Part shown: in pieces, positions 33,699 through 43,324 of the stretch
How the letters are laid out: each line of letters starts with the position of its first letter
Position numbering within the stretch: position 1 is the stretch's first letter
The notes under the pieces: model-generated
Database searches by the model: none
Seen by the model: the letters and a program-made list of their open reading frames with translations, nothing else
Told to the model about the DNA's origin: nothing
NCBI GenBank assembly: GCA_050013355.1
Contig: JBEKFJ010000007.1
Location: 1 to 62,581, forward strand
DNA length: 62,581 bases
Reading direction: 5' to 3'
From: Oryzomonas sp.
Lineage (GTDB): Bacteria; Desulfobacterota; Desulfuromonadia; Geobacterales; Pseudopelobacteraceae
Position numbers and translations under genes: made by a program

Positions 33699-35072
33699 AT
33701 GTCGAAGACAATTCTCGTTGTGGATGATGAAAAGGATATCAGGATCTCCCTGACCGGCATCCTGGAGGACGAAGGATACCAGGTGCTAACGGCGGACAAC
33801 GGTATCGAGGCGCTGGAGTGCGCCCGCCAGGAACTGCCCGACCTGGTGCTCCTGGATATCTGGATGCCGGGCATGGATGGGCTGGAGACCCTTGAGAAGC
33901 TCAAGACCCTCTTCCCCCAGGTCACGGTCATCATGATCTCGGGCCACGGCACCATCGAAACGGCGGTCCGGGCCACCAAGCTTGGCGCGTACGATTTCAT
34001 CGAGAAGCCGCTCTCCCTGGACAAGGTGCTCATCAGCGTGGTCAATGCCCTGCGCATGAAGGAACTGCGAGTGGAGAACGAGGAGCTTAAGCGGGTGGTG
34101 GCCAATGAGTACGAGATGATCGGCTCAGCCCCAGTGTTGGCGGCCCTGCGCGAACAGATCATGCGTGTCGCGCCCACGACCGCCTCGGTGCTGGTGACCG
34201 GGGAGAACGGCACCGGCAAGGAGCTGGCGGCGCGCTCGATCCATTATTACAGCATGCGCCGCGACAGGCCCTTTGTCGCCATCAATTGTGCCGCCATACC
34301 GGAGGAGTTGATCGAGAGCGAGCTGTTCGGCCATGAAAAGGGTGCCTTTACCGGCGCCGTCGCCCAGAAGAAAGGCAAATTCGACCTGGCTGACGGCGGC
34401 ACGCTGTTTCTTGACGAGATCGGCGACATGTCGCTCAGGACCCAGGCCAAGGTCCTGCGGATCATCCAGGAGCGGTGTTTCGAACGGGTCGGCGGCACCA
34501 AACTGGTAACGGTGGATGTGAGGATCATTGCCGCCACCAACAAGAAGCTGGACGAGGAGATAAGCCAGGGAAGGTTCCGGGAGGATCTGTACTACCGCCT
34601 GAACGTGGTGCCGTTCCGGGTGCCCGCTCTGCGGGAGCGGTGTGAGGATATCCCCTTGATGGTGCAGCACTTCGTCGCCCAGTTTTACCGGCGGGAAGGG
34701 CGCGAGCCCAAGACCTTCCACCCCGAGGCGCTCAATCTTCTGGCCGGGTATGACTGGCCGGGCAATGTGAGGGAGCTGAAGAATATCGTGGAGCGCATCC
34801 TGATCATGACGCCGGGCCGGACCATCACCGCGGCCGATGTCCCCGAACTGCGCGGAGCCCCTGTCATGGCGGACTTTTTCGAGCAACGGCCGGACGGCAT
34901 CCCTGTCGTGGGGACCTTGCGGGAGGCTAGGGAGGGGTTCGAGCGGGAGTTCATCATCCAGAAGCTGGAAGAAAACGACTGGAACATCTCCCGCACGGCC
35001 GAGGTCATTGAGCTGGAACGGAGCAACCTGCACCGCAAGATCAAGAGCTACGGGATCGATGTCAGGAAATGA
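33699..35072 (+). CDS. NtrX-like sigma54-dependent response regulator
   Basis: REC domain (LLDIWMPG); GENGTGKE, ESELFGHEKGAFTGA, WPGNVRELKN; C-terminal HTH. Confidence 0.93.
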   Translation: MSKTILVVDDEKDIRISLTGILEDEGYQVLTADNGIEALECARQELPDLVLLDIWMPGMDGLETLEKLKTLFPQVTVIMISGHGTIETAVRATKLGAYDFIEKPLSLDKVLISVVNALRMKELRVENEELKRVVANEYEMIGSAPVLAALREQIMRVAPTTASVLVTGENGTGKELAARSIHYYSMRRDRPFVAINCAAIPEELIESELFGHEKGAFTGAVAQKKGKFDLADGGTLFLDEIGDMSLRTQAKVLRIIQERCFERVGGTKLVTVDVRIIAATNKKLDEEISQGRFREDLYYRLNVVPFRVPALRERCEDIPLMVQHFVAQFYRREGREPKTFHPEALNLLAGYDWPGNVRELKNIVERILIMTPGRTITAADVPELRGAPVMADFFEQRPDGIPVVGTLREAREGFEREFIIQKLEENDWNISRTAEVIELERSNLHRKIKSYGIDVRK

Positions 35073-37432
35073 GGAACCTCACGCAACAGAAGCGCAACGA
35101 AGAGGTCAAGGCCGCGGAGAGGCTTGCCCGCTCCATCATCGAGCAGGCCGGTGAGGCGATCATTGTCTGCGACGAAGAGGGGCGGATCATCCGGGCCAGC
35201 CGGCTCGCCCACGCTCTTTGCGGTGAAAACCCGCTGCTGAAACCGTTCAACGACCTGTTCCAGTTGCATATAACGGAAACGGAATGCTTGTTTTCTGTTT
35301 TTACCCCACTGCATGGCGGCAGTTTCGAAAGCGCCGAGGTCGAATTCAAACGTAATGACGATCAGATATTTCATCTCCTTCTCAATGCAACGCCGCTTAA
35401 AGGCGCTCTGAACCACATCATTGGTTGCGTAGTGACACTAGCGGATATTACCGAGCGCAGGCAGGCTGAGGATGCGCTGGAGCAGAGTGAGGCTAGTCTC
35501 CATGTTGCCTGCCAGCAACTCCAGGAAACCAATGAGGAACTCCAGGCACAAAAAGAGGAGCTTCATGCACAAGCCGAGGAACTTCAGGCGCAGAACCAGG
35601 AGCTGGCAAGGCTGTGGGACGATTCCAGACTGACAAAAGAAGCTTTGGCCGAAAACCAGGAACGACTCATGCTCGCCTTGAGTTCATCCAAGATGGGCCT
35701 CTTTGAATGGGATATCGTCAACGACAAGCGTATCTGGGACGACAGTGTTCACAGGTTGTTGATGACGGACCCGCTGACCTTTACCGGATCTCCCAAGGAG
35801 TTTTACCGGGTTATTCATCCGGACGACAGGGACGCCGTGCAGATTGCCCTCGCCAAGGCAGTCAATACCGACGGGGCATATGATACCGAATACCGGGCCG
35901 TCTGGCCGGATGGCACGATTCACCACATTGCCGCCCGAGGCAGAATTCATCGCAACAGCGCCGGTCAAGCAGATCATATGATAGGAGTCTGTTGGGACAT
36001 CTCCGAGCGCAAACTGGCCGAAGAAAAGTTGCAAAAGTTGAACGAAGAACTTGAGGAACGGGTTTCAGAAAGAACGCATGAACTGTTAGCCACTGTTAAG
36101 AAGCTGATGACTGAGATTATCGAACGTAAAAAAGCGGAGGAAAGCGTACTGCGCCTGAACCGCCTTTATAAGGTGGTATCCGAAATCAGCCAGGCAATTG
36201 TCCGTACCATGGACAGGGAGTCCATTTTTAACGAATTCTGCCGGATCGCCGTGGAGGATGGAAAATTCAAACTGGCGTGGGTGGGTCAGGTCGACGAAGA
36301 GAGCGGCGAGTTAAGGATAGTGGCCGCCAATGGTGCGACCGGCTACCTGGACGACATCAAGATCACGGCCAATGAAGAACCGGCAGGTATCGGCCCGACC
36401 GGCATTTCGGTTCGTGAAGGCACCTATTACATCTGCAATGATTTTTTGGGTTCCCCCATCACCCGTCCCTGGCACGAAAAGGGTCTGGCCCACGGCATTC
36501 GCGCTTCGGCCAGTATCGCCTTGAAACTGGAAGGGCAGGTAATCGGCGCCCTGACCCTTTATGCGGACAAAAAGGACTTCTTTGACCAGCAGCAAACCGA
36601 ATTACTCCAGCAGATGGGAGCGGACGTCTCCTTTGCCCTCGACAACATCGTCCGGGAAACCCGCCGCAGGGAAGCGGAGAGGGCCTTGCGCGAGGAGACC
36701 ATCGAACGCCTGCTGGCCACGGAAGCCCTGCGCGAAAAGGAGCAGATGCTCATCCAGCAGAGCCGCCAGGCGGCCATGGGGGAGATGATTGGCAATATCG
36801 CCCACCAGTGGCGCCAGCCGCTGAACACGCTCGGGCTCACGGTTCAGCAACTGCTGCTGTTTTATGATATGGATGAGTTTACCAGGGAGTTCCTGGAAAA
36901 AAGCGTCGGCAGATCCATGGAACTCATCCAGCACATGTCAAAAACCATCGACGATTTCAGGAACTATTTCAGGCCGGACAAGGAAAAGGTCGAATTCGAG
37001 TTGAGCGAGGCAGTTACCACTACCTTGTCGCTTGTAGAGGACAGTTTCAAGAGTGAGCACATCAGGATCAAATACATTGCAAAGAGCGAACCTGTCACCA
37101 TCGGCTACCGGAATGAATATGCCCAGGTCGTCCTCAACATCCTGAACAATGCCAGGGACGTCTTCAAGGAAAGAAACATCAAAGACCCCATGGTGTCGAT
37201 CACCGTTTTCACCGAAAACGGCAGGGCGGTCGTAACCATCTCCGACAATGCCGGTGGTATCCCCGAAGAGATTATAGGGAAGATTTTTGACCCTTATTTT
37301 ACCACCAAGGGGCCGCAGGCAGGGACAGGGGTCGGCCTGTTCATGTCGAAAACCATCATAGAAAAGAACATGGGTGGGAGGCTTTCCGTGCGCAACCATG
37401 GTGACGGCGCAGAATTCAGGATAGAGGTGTAA
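35069..37432 (+). CDS. cytoplasmic PAS-PAS-GAF histidine kinase
   Basis: PAS/PAC motifs (DITERRQAE, IHPDDR, DISERK); GAF domain; IAHQWRQPL H-box; DNAGG and GTGVGL. Confidence 0.88.
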   Translation: MRNLTQQKRNEEVKAAERLARSIIEQAGEAIIVCDEEGRIIRASRLAHALCGENPLLKPFNDLFQLHITETECLFSVFTPLHGGSFESAEVEFKRNDDQIFHLLLNATPLKGALNHIIGCVVTLADITERRQAEDALEQSEASLHVACQQLQETNEELQAQKEELHAQAEELQAQNQELARLWDDSRLTKEALAENQERLMLALSSSKMGLFEWDIVNDKRIWDDSVHRLLMTDPLTFTGSPKEFYRVIHPDDRDAVQIALAKAVNTDGAYDTEYRAVWPDGTIHHIAARGRIHRNSAGQADHMIGVCWDISERKLAEEKLQKLNEELEERVSERTHELLATVKKLMTEIIERKKAEESVLRLNRLYKVVSEISQAIVRTMDRESIFNEFCRIAVEDGKFKLAWVGQVDEESGELRIVAANGATGYLDDIKITANEEPAGIGPTGISVREGTYYICNDFLGSPITRPWHEKGLAHGIRASASIALKLEGQVIGALTLYADKKDFFDQQQTELLQQMGADVSFALDNIVRETRRREAERALREETIERLLATEALREKEQMLIQQSRQAAMGEMIGNIAHQWRQPLNTLGLTVQQLLLFYDMDEFTREFLEKSVGRSMELIQHMSKTIDDFRNYFRPDKEKVEFELSEAVTTTLSLVEDSFKSEHIRIKYIAKSEPVTIGYRNEYAQVVLNILNNARDVFKERNIKDPMVSITVFTENGRAVVTISDNAGGIPEEIIGKIFDPYFTTKGPQAGTGVGLFMSKTIIEKNMGGRLSVRNHGDGAEFRIEV

Positions 37433-37624
37433 ATACAGGAAACTGCCTGTCAGTAGGGCATGCTGCCTGAACAAACGGCAATTCCGGGGCAGTTCTGCAC
37501 CGTCTACAAGGAACAATATAATAAAGCATCAATATATCGGTTAGTTATGGTGCCGATGCCCGCTTGGCACGCCCTGTGTATCGGTTTAATTGGTGGACTA
37601 TAGTTGAAGCCGTGGGGAGGCCGT

Positions 37625-37873
37625 ATGGACAGGACAGAAGAGCAGGCTGCGATGATGGAACTCGATGAGGCCGTGGAAGAGCTTGGGACCACCGGCCTCA
37701 GACTGCTGATGCTGCTGCGGGAAGGGACCGTGGAAGGGGTCGAGCAGGAAGACGGTTCCTGGCTGATCGCCAGGGCCTCCCTGGAACGCCTCAAGGAACG
37801 GGGCGGGGTGCCGCCGGTCAAGCAGAAAGGGTGCGCATCGTCGTGCACCTCGTCCAGTTGCGGCTGCTCGTGA
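37625..37873 (+). CDS. small HTH (excisionase/MerR-like) protein with Cys-rich tail
   Basis: GGGAGG RBS then ATG 37625; LDEAVEELG...LLREG...GSWLI pattern; C-terminal CASSCTSSSCGCS. Confidence 0.6.
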   Translation: MDRTEEQAAMMELDEAVEELGTTGLRLLMLLREGTVEGVEQEDGSWLIARASLERLKERGGVPPVKQKGCASSCTSSSCGCS

Positions 37874-37879
37874 CAGGAG

Positions 37880-38170
37880 CTACTGCGACAGGTGATCGCG
37901 GGCCGTTTCGAGAAGACAGGCGTACACCTCTTCCCGGGTGACGAAGAAGCGGGGCATCTCGTTGAGGATATCCTCCAGCAGGTGCAGTACCCGGCCGTCG
38001 CTGCTTTCCAGGGCGGTCATGACCGCCTCCAGCATGGGGAGGATGTCGTAGAGGTCGTCGCGGTTGAAAGGGATCGTGTCCGGTATGCCGCTGAATTTCG
38101 GCTCCTCGCGGTTTTGAATGTCTTTCGGATACTTGTACTTCAGGTCAGACGCCTTGATGACAATGTCCAT
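37880..38170 (-). CDS. hypothetical protein (96 aa)
   Basis: ATG preceded by AGGAG; GC3-rich codon usage; no motif recognised. Confidence 0.7.
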   Translation of the reverse strand: MDIVIKASDLKYKYPKDIQNREEPKFSGIPDTIPFNRDDLYDILPMLEAVMTALESSDGRVLHLLEDILNEMPRFFVTREEVYACLLETARDHLSQ

Positions 38171-38204
38171 CCCTCATCACTCCTTTGCACAAATCCCTCT
38201 GAAA

Positions 38205-38642
38205 TTACAGCATCACGACCAGGGCGATCCCGCCGGCTACAACCGCAAGGTTGCAACTGGCCGAGATGCCGTGCAGCTTTGAGAATTTCCGCCGCAGCGG
38301 GTGCTCCCTGGGGGTGGTGTCGAACGACGGTATCTGCCGTTTGAGGTCAGCGGCCCGCGGCTCGATGTAGAATGCCTGAAACGAGGTTAGGGCCAGCATG
38401 ACAACCAGCAGGATGACCGCCACGGAAGCGCCGGTGCGCATGACGAGCCTGCTGGCCAGGGCGATGACGCCGCAGGCCAGCCCCCAGCGGAAATATCCCG
38501 GAAAGAGTATGCCGACGATCTGGCCGGCCTGGTCGCGGGACAGTGACTTGAAGAGTACCGGTGTCAGGATGAAGGTGAACAGGGTGATGCCTCCGGTCCA
38601 GAAGGTGATGGACAGGCGGTAGAGCAGCGCAGCGATCTGCAT
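38205..38642 (-). CDS. DUF4149/TMEM205-like membrane protein
   Basis: Four TM segments; PVLFKSL..AGQIVGILFPGYF and FSKLHGIS motifs; start 38642 after GAAGGAG. Confidence 0.8.
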   Translation of the reverse strand: MQIAALLYRLSITFWTGGITLFTFILTPVLFKSLSRDQAGQIVGILFPGYFRWGLACGVIALASRLVMRTGASVAVILLVVMLALTSFQAFYIEPRAADLKRQIPSFDTTPREHPLRRKFSKLHGISASCNLAVVAGGIALVVML

Positions 38643-38836
38643 GGTGGCTCCTTCGGCGTTATGCCGATGTGTGTCCGGCAACCGTTTCGTCGCGTTGTTT
38701 TCATATCCGGTCAGAAAAGCGGGAACGCTCCGACAATAAGATACACCAAGTGAGGCCGGAATGTAAATTAATCGTGGGAAAACAGCACTAAATGATGTAG
38801 TAATAGCCCAAATCCAAGTTTCCGGGATCTATAGGC

Positions 38837-40168
38837 ATGAAAAAAACTACTAAGCTGCTGCTGCCCCTCCTGTTGGCCGGCATCGTCGTTTGCCTGGCCC
38901 TGATCTTCGTTAACCGCTGGTATTCACGCGACCGCCATCCCGACTCCGCCTACCTGTCGCTCCTGAACGAGGCTTACGCCGCCGTGGTCGCGAACTACGT
39001 GGAAAAGCCGGATTCAAAGAAACTCGTCCAGAGCATGGTGGATGGCATGCTGGCCGTTCTCGACCCGCACAGCGCCTATCTGCCCCCTGAGCCGTACCAC
39101 GAGATGGAGGTCCAGATGTCGGGCAGTTTCGGCGGTATCGGCATCGAACTGGGCATGAAGGAGGACAGGCTGATCGTTATCGCCCCGATCGAGGACACGC
39201 CTGCCTTCCGGGCCGGCATCCAGGCCAACGACTACATCTACAAGATCGACGGGGTGCCCACCCAGGGGATGAATATCACGGCGGCCGTCAAGCGGATGCG
39301 GGGCGAACAGGGGACGCCGGTCACATTGGCGATCATGAGGGGTGACTCTCCCCAGCCCCGGATATTCAGGCTGATCCGCGCCATAATCAGGGTCAAGAGC
39401 CTGAAATCACGGCTGCTGGAGCCGGGATATGGCCTGGTGAGGATCACCCAGTTCCAGGAGCGTACCGGCGATGAGTTCCACCAGGCGCTGCAGGAACTGC
39501 GCGCAGCTTCCGGCGGCAAGCTCAAGGGGCTGGTGCTCGACCTGCGCTACAACCCGGGCGGCTTGCTGGAGTCCTCGGTGCAGGTGGTCAACAATTTTAT
39601 CGGGGACAACGCCGCCAAGACCCTGATCGTGTCGATCAGGGGGCGTACGCCGGACGCCACACAGAATTTTAACGCCACGTTGGGGCCGAAGGAGGCGCAT
39701 TATCCGCTGGTCGTGCTGATCAACGGCGGCAGCGCCAGCGCTTCAGAGATCGTGGCGGGCGCGCTCCAGGATCACAAGCGGGCCATCATCATGGGAAAAC
39801 AGAGCTTCGGCAAGGGGTCGGTACAGAGTATCTTTCCGCTGCGCGACAACGGGGCACTCAAGCTGACCACCGCGCGCTACTACACCCCCAGCGGCCGTTC
39901 CATCCAGGCAAAGGGGATCACGCCGGATATCGAGGTGGGTACTGTCTGGCCGGTGGCGGCTAAGGACGCTGCCAAGGAGGCGGAGCTCAAGGAAAAAGAC
40001 CTGGAAAACAGGCTTGAGTCGAAAGGTGGGGAAAAGGATACCAAGGGGGGGACGCCGTTTCCCCATGGGGGAAGCAGCGCGACCGATGTGGCCAAGGATT
40101 ACCAGTTGAACCGCGCCTTGGAACTCCTGCGGTCGCTGGAACTGGTTCGGCAAAGGGGGGCATCGTGA
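38837..40168 (+). CDS. S41 family C-terminal processing protease (CtpA/Prc-like)
   Basis: N-terminal anchor; LDPHS, PDZ (GGIGI), DLRYNPGG, SASASEI, SFGKGS. Confidence 0.95.
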   Translation: MKKTTKLLLPLLLAGIVVCLALIFVNRWYSRDRHPDSAYLSLLNEAYAAVVANYVEKPDSKKLVQSMVDGMLAVLDPHSAYLPPEPYHEMEVQMSGSFGGIGIELGMKEDRLIVIAPIEDTPAFRAGIQANDYIYKIDGVPTQGMNITAAVKRMRGEQGTPVTLAIMRGDSPQPRIFRLIRAIIRVKSLKSRLLEPGYGLVRITQFQERTGDEFHQALQELRAASGGKLKGLVLDLRYNPGGLLESSVQVVNNFIGDNAAKTLIVSIRGRTPDATQNFNATLGPKEAHYPLVVLINGGSASASEIVAGALQDHKRAIIMGKQSFGKGSVQSIFPLRDNGALKLTTARYYTPSGRSIQAKGITPDIEVGTVWPVAAKDAAKEAELKEKDLENRLESKGGEKDTKGGTPFPHGGSSATDVAKDYQLNRALELLRSLELVRQRGAS

Positions 40169-40176
40169 TACGGTAA

Positions 40177-40302
40177 TACCGATTCCAAATCAAGGCGCTA
40201 TTCTCGCGTTGGCTCGTATTCGGCTCCTCAACGTACAACTCTGTAGGCCTTCGTCGCCTCAATCCTCGCCGCCTTGATTTCATCCTTGATTTGAAATCGG
40301 TT
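40177..40302. mobile_element. MITE-like repeat, family A copy 2 (inverted relative to copy 1)
   Basis: Reverse complement aligns along 27532-27654; TIRs ACCGATTCCAAATCAAGG / CCTTGATTTGAAATCGGT. Confidence 0.8.
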
Positions 40303-40309
40303 TAACACG

Positions 40310-40540
40310 TTACGATAGGCCCCGGTTTCTGAAGAGCCGCATCAGCAGGACCCCCAGTATGGAGAGGCAGAGTCCGGCGCACACAAAAAGATAACCGATG
40401 GCGCGCCCCTCGCCCCATCCCCACAGGTCGCGCCCTTTCATGAGGATGATCAGCGCGACGCCGGCGAAGGTGCCGATACCGCCGATGATGTAGACCGCAA
40501 AGGCCACGATGGCCAGGCCGATTCCGTGTGAACGTGCCAT
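40310..40540 (-). CDS. small 2-TM membrane protein
   Basis: ATG 40540 after GGAGGAG; two hydrophobic segments. Confidence 0.7.
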   Translation of the reverse strand: MARSHGIGLAIVAFAVYIIGGIGTFAGVALIILMKGRDLWGWGEGRAIGYLFVCAGLCLSILGVLLMRLFRNRGLS

Positions 40541-40637
40541 TTTGCTCTCCTCCCGCACGGGACACTAAAGGGGCATAGTGGAGAAATGCGGAAAAAATGT
40601 CAATTTCAAATCAATCGGCTCACGGAGGAAAACTATT

Positions 40638-41222
40638 ATGAAGCTTGTCTGTCTGCTGGGAAGCCCACGTCGCAACGGGAACAGCGCCACCATCGCCGCC
40701 CATATCGTGCAGCGGGCGCAGGAGTTGGGGGCGGAGACGGAGACGGTGTACCTGAACGGCCTCCAGTACCGCGGTTGCCAGGGATGTTATGTCTGCAAGA
40801 CGACCCTGGAGCGGTGCGTGCTGAGCGATGACCTGGCTGCGGTGCTGCAGAGCGTGCGTGAGGCGGATGCGCTGGTCATGGCAACGCCGGTCTATTACGG
40901 GGATGTTACCGGCCAGTTGAAGAACTTCATCGACCGCACCTTTTCCTACCTGGTGCCCGATTATTACGCCAATCCGCAGCCGTCGCGCCTTACCCCCGGC
41001 AAACGACTGGCATTCGTCCTTACCCAGGGGCAACCCGACGAAACCCGGTTCGCCGATGTGTTTCCGCGCTACAATGGTTTCTTCAGATGGTTTGGCTTTG
41101 AGGAAGGGCTGCTGGTAAGGGGGTGCGGCCTTTCGGAGCGCAGCACCGTGGCCAAGCGGATCCAGTTGTTCGAGCAGGCGGACGAGGTGGCCCGAAGGCT
41201 GGTGGGGCAGACAAGTTCTTAA
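40638..41222 (+). CDS. flavodoxin-like iron-sulfur flavoprotein (NADPH-dependent FMN reductase fold)
   Basis: LGSPRRNGNS, CQGCYVC-x5-C Fe-S motif, TPVYY, KNFIDR. Confidence 0.9.
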   Translation: MKLVCLLGSPRRNGNSATIAAHIVQRAQELGAETETVYLNGLQYRGCQGCYVCKTTLERCVLSDDLAAVLQSVREADALVMATPVYYGDVTGQLKNFIDRTFSYLVPDYYANPQPSRLTPGKRLAFVLTQGQPDETRFADVFPRYNGFFRWFGFEEGLLVRGCGLSERSTVAKRIQLFEQADEVARRLVGQTSS

Positions 41223-42025
41223 TCCCCTATCAACTCCCTGAGCTTGGCGCCCATATCCGTTTCCCGCATCAGCGACTCGCCGACCAGGAAGGCGCAGGCG
41301 CCTGCGGCTGCCAGGCATTGGATGTCCGAGCGGGTGTTGATGCCGCTTTCGGCCACCAGCAGCCGGTCTGAGGGGAGCATGCGGGCCAGCCGGACTGTTG
41401 TGTCGAGATCGGTCACAAAGGTGTGCAGGTTGCGATTATTGACGCCGATCATGGGGCAATTGGTCCGGAGCGCCGTTTCCATCTCCGCCTCGTCATGGAC
41501 CTCCAGCAGTACGTCCAGATGGAGTTCCAGGGCCAGGGCGTAAAACTCCTGCAACTGCCCCAGGCCGAGGGAAGCGGCGATCAGGAGGATGGCGTCGGCC
41601 CCGGCGGCGCGGGCTTCGTAGATTTGGTACGGATCGACGATAAAATCCTTGCGCAACAGCGGCAGGCCGACCGTCTCGCGGATCAGGGCCAGAAAACCGA
41701 GGTGCCCCATGAAAAAATGCTCGTCGGTCAGCACCGACAGGCAGGTGGCGCCGTTTTCCCGGTATATCCCGGCGATATCCAGCGGGTCGAACGTCTCCCG
41801 GATGACCCCCTTGCTGGGGGAGCCCTTCTTTACCTCGGCGATGATGGCGGTCCGGCCCGAGGCCACGGCATTCCGCAAGGCCCGCTCAAAGCCGCGCGGG
41901 ACATCCTCCAAGCCGGCGATGCGGGTCTTCAACTCGCCAAGGGACGTGCCTGTCCGGGCAACCGCCACCTCCTTCCGTTTGTGCTCGTTGATCCTTTTCA
42001 GGATATCGGCTGTGTCGTTACGCAT
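41219..42025 (-). CDS. trpC: indole-3-glycerol phosphate synthase
   Basis: IIAEVKKGSPSKG, LSVLTD, LRKDF, GVNNRNL, VAESGI. Confidence 0.97.
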   Translation of the reverse strand: MRNDTADILKRINEHKRKEVAVARTGTSLGELKTRIAGLEDVPRGFERALRNAVASGRTAIIAEVKKGSPSKGVIRETFDPLDIAGIYRENGATCLSVLTDEHFFMGHLGFLALIRETVGLPLLRKDFIVDPYQIYEARAAGADAILLIAASLGLGQLQEFYALALELHLDVLLEVHDEAEMETALRTNCPMIGVNNRNLHTFVTDLDTTVRLARMLPSDRLLVAESGINTRSDIQCLAAAGACAFLVGESLMRETDMGAKLRELIGD

Positions 42026-42100
42026 GCGCAACTCTATCTTTCCTTTGCTTTTCCCCTGGTGTTCGGGACCGGAAATAATTTATCAAAAACGGCAGTTAAT

Positions 42101-42221
42101 CACCACAAAGGGCACAAAGAAATTCAAATGCTTATGAAAATAAAGACTCGAACCAAATTGTTGAATGACTTTGGTAGGCAACTGACCGGTTTTCCTTCGT
42201 GTTCTTTGTGTCTTTGTGGTG
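42101..42221. repeat. inverted 8-9-mer repeat element (family C-like copy 2), between trpD and trpC
   Basis: CACC-ACAAAGGGC-ACAAAGAA ... TTCTTTGT-GTCTTTGT-GGTG flanking an AT-rich core. Confidence 0.7.
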
Positions 42222-42238
42222 CAACTGTTTTTTTAGGT

Positions 42239-43297
42239 TTATTCCCCCTGATTCGTCAGTTCCACCAGCCTTGCCAGCAGTTCCATGGCCCGGCCCGAAT
42301 CGATGGCCTCGGAGGCCAGGGTGATGCCTTCGGCCGGTGAGGCGGCCTTGCCTGCCGCCACGAGGGCATAGGCGGCGTTTAAAAGGACGATATCCCGACG
42401 GGGGCCTTGTTCTCCTGACAGGATGGCGCGCACGATTGCGGCGTTAGCCGTGGCATCTCCTCCCTTGAGGAACTCCATCGGACAGCGGGCCAACCCCACC
42501 TGCTCCGGCACGACACTGCTCAGCCTGACCCCTGCCGGAGTGACCTCGGCCACCAGGGTCTCGCCGGTGAGGGTCATCTCGTCCATTCCGTCACTGCCAT
42601 GCACGACAAAGCCATGCCTGCATCCCAGCCGGTGCAGGACCCCGGCCAGCTTCTCCACCAGGGAGGCCCGGTAGACCCCCATAACCTGGCAGTCGGCTCC
42701 GGCCGGGTTGGTAAGGGGGCCCAGGATGTTGAAGATGGTGCGGATGCCGATCTCGCGACGCGGTCCGATGGAGTATTTCATGGCGCCGTGCAAGGCCGGG
42801 GCAAAGAGGAAGCCGATACCGATCCCGGCGATGCATCTTTCGACCGTTTCAGGGGTGACGTCCAGGTTGATGCCCAGCTTTTCCAGCACATCGGCGCTGC
42901 CGCAGGCCGAGGAAACCGAGCGGTTGCCGTGCTTGGCCACCTTGACGCCGCAGGCCGAGACCACGAACGACACGGTGGTGGATATGTTGAAGGTGTTGGT
43001 GCCGTCGCCGCCGGTGCCCACCACGTCCAGGATGGTTTCACGGTCGATGTTGATGTCGTCGCGATCTATGTCCAACACGTTCCGGCCGACCCGGATCGGT
43101 GTGGCCCGCTCACGCATGACGCGGGCTGCGCCGGTGATCTCCTCCACCGTTTCGCCCTTCATCCGCAGGGCGGTGATGAACGACCCTATCTGGGCCGGGG
43201 TGCATTCACCGGACATGATCTGGTTCATCACCTCGATCATCTCGCCTTCGGATAGGTTCTCCCCCTCGACGATCCTTGCTATGGCTTTTCTGATCAT
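42239..43297 (-). CDS. trpD: anthranilate phosphoribosyltransferase
   Basis: [39 protein letters not shown]. Confidence 0.98.
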   Translation of the reverse strand: MIRKAIARIVEGENLSEGEMIEVMNQIMSGECTPAQIGSFITALRMKGETVEEITGAARVMRERATPIRVGRNVLDIDRDDINIDRETILDVVGTGGDGTNTFNISTTVSFVVSACGVKVAKHGNRSVSSACGSADVLEKLGINLDVTPETVERCIAGIGIGFLFAPALHGAMKYSIGPRREIGIRTIFNILGPLTNPAGADCQVMGVYRASLVEKLAGVLHRLGCRHGFVVHGSDGMDEMTLTGETLVAEVTPAGVRLSSVVPEQVGLARCPMEFLKGGDATANAAIVRAILSGEQGPRRDIVLLNAAYALVAAGKAASPAEGITLASEAIDSGRAMELLARLVELTNQGE

Positions 43298-43324
43298 TGC
43301 CTACTCCGTTGCGTTCGGACACTA

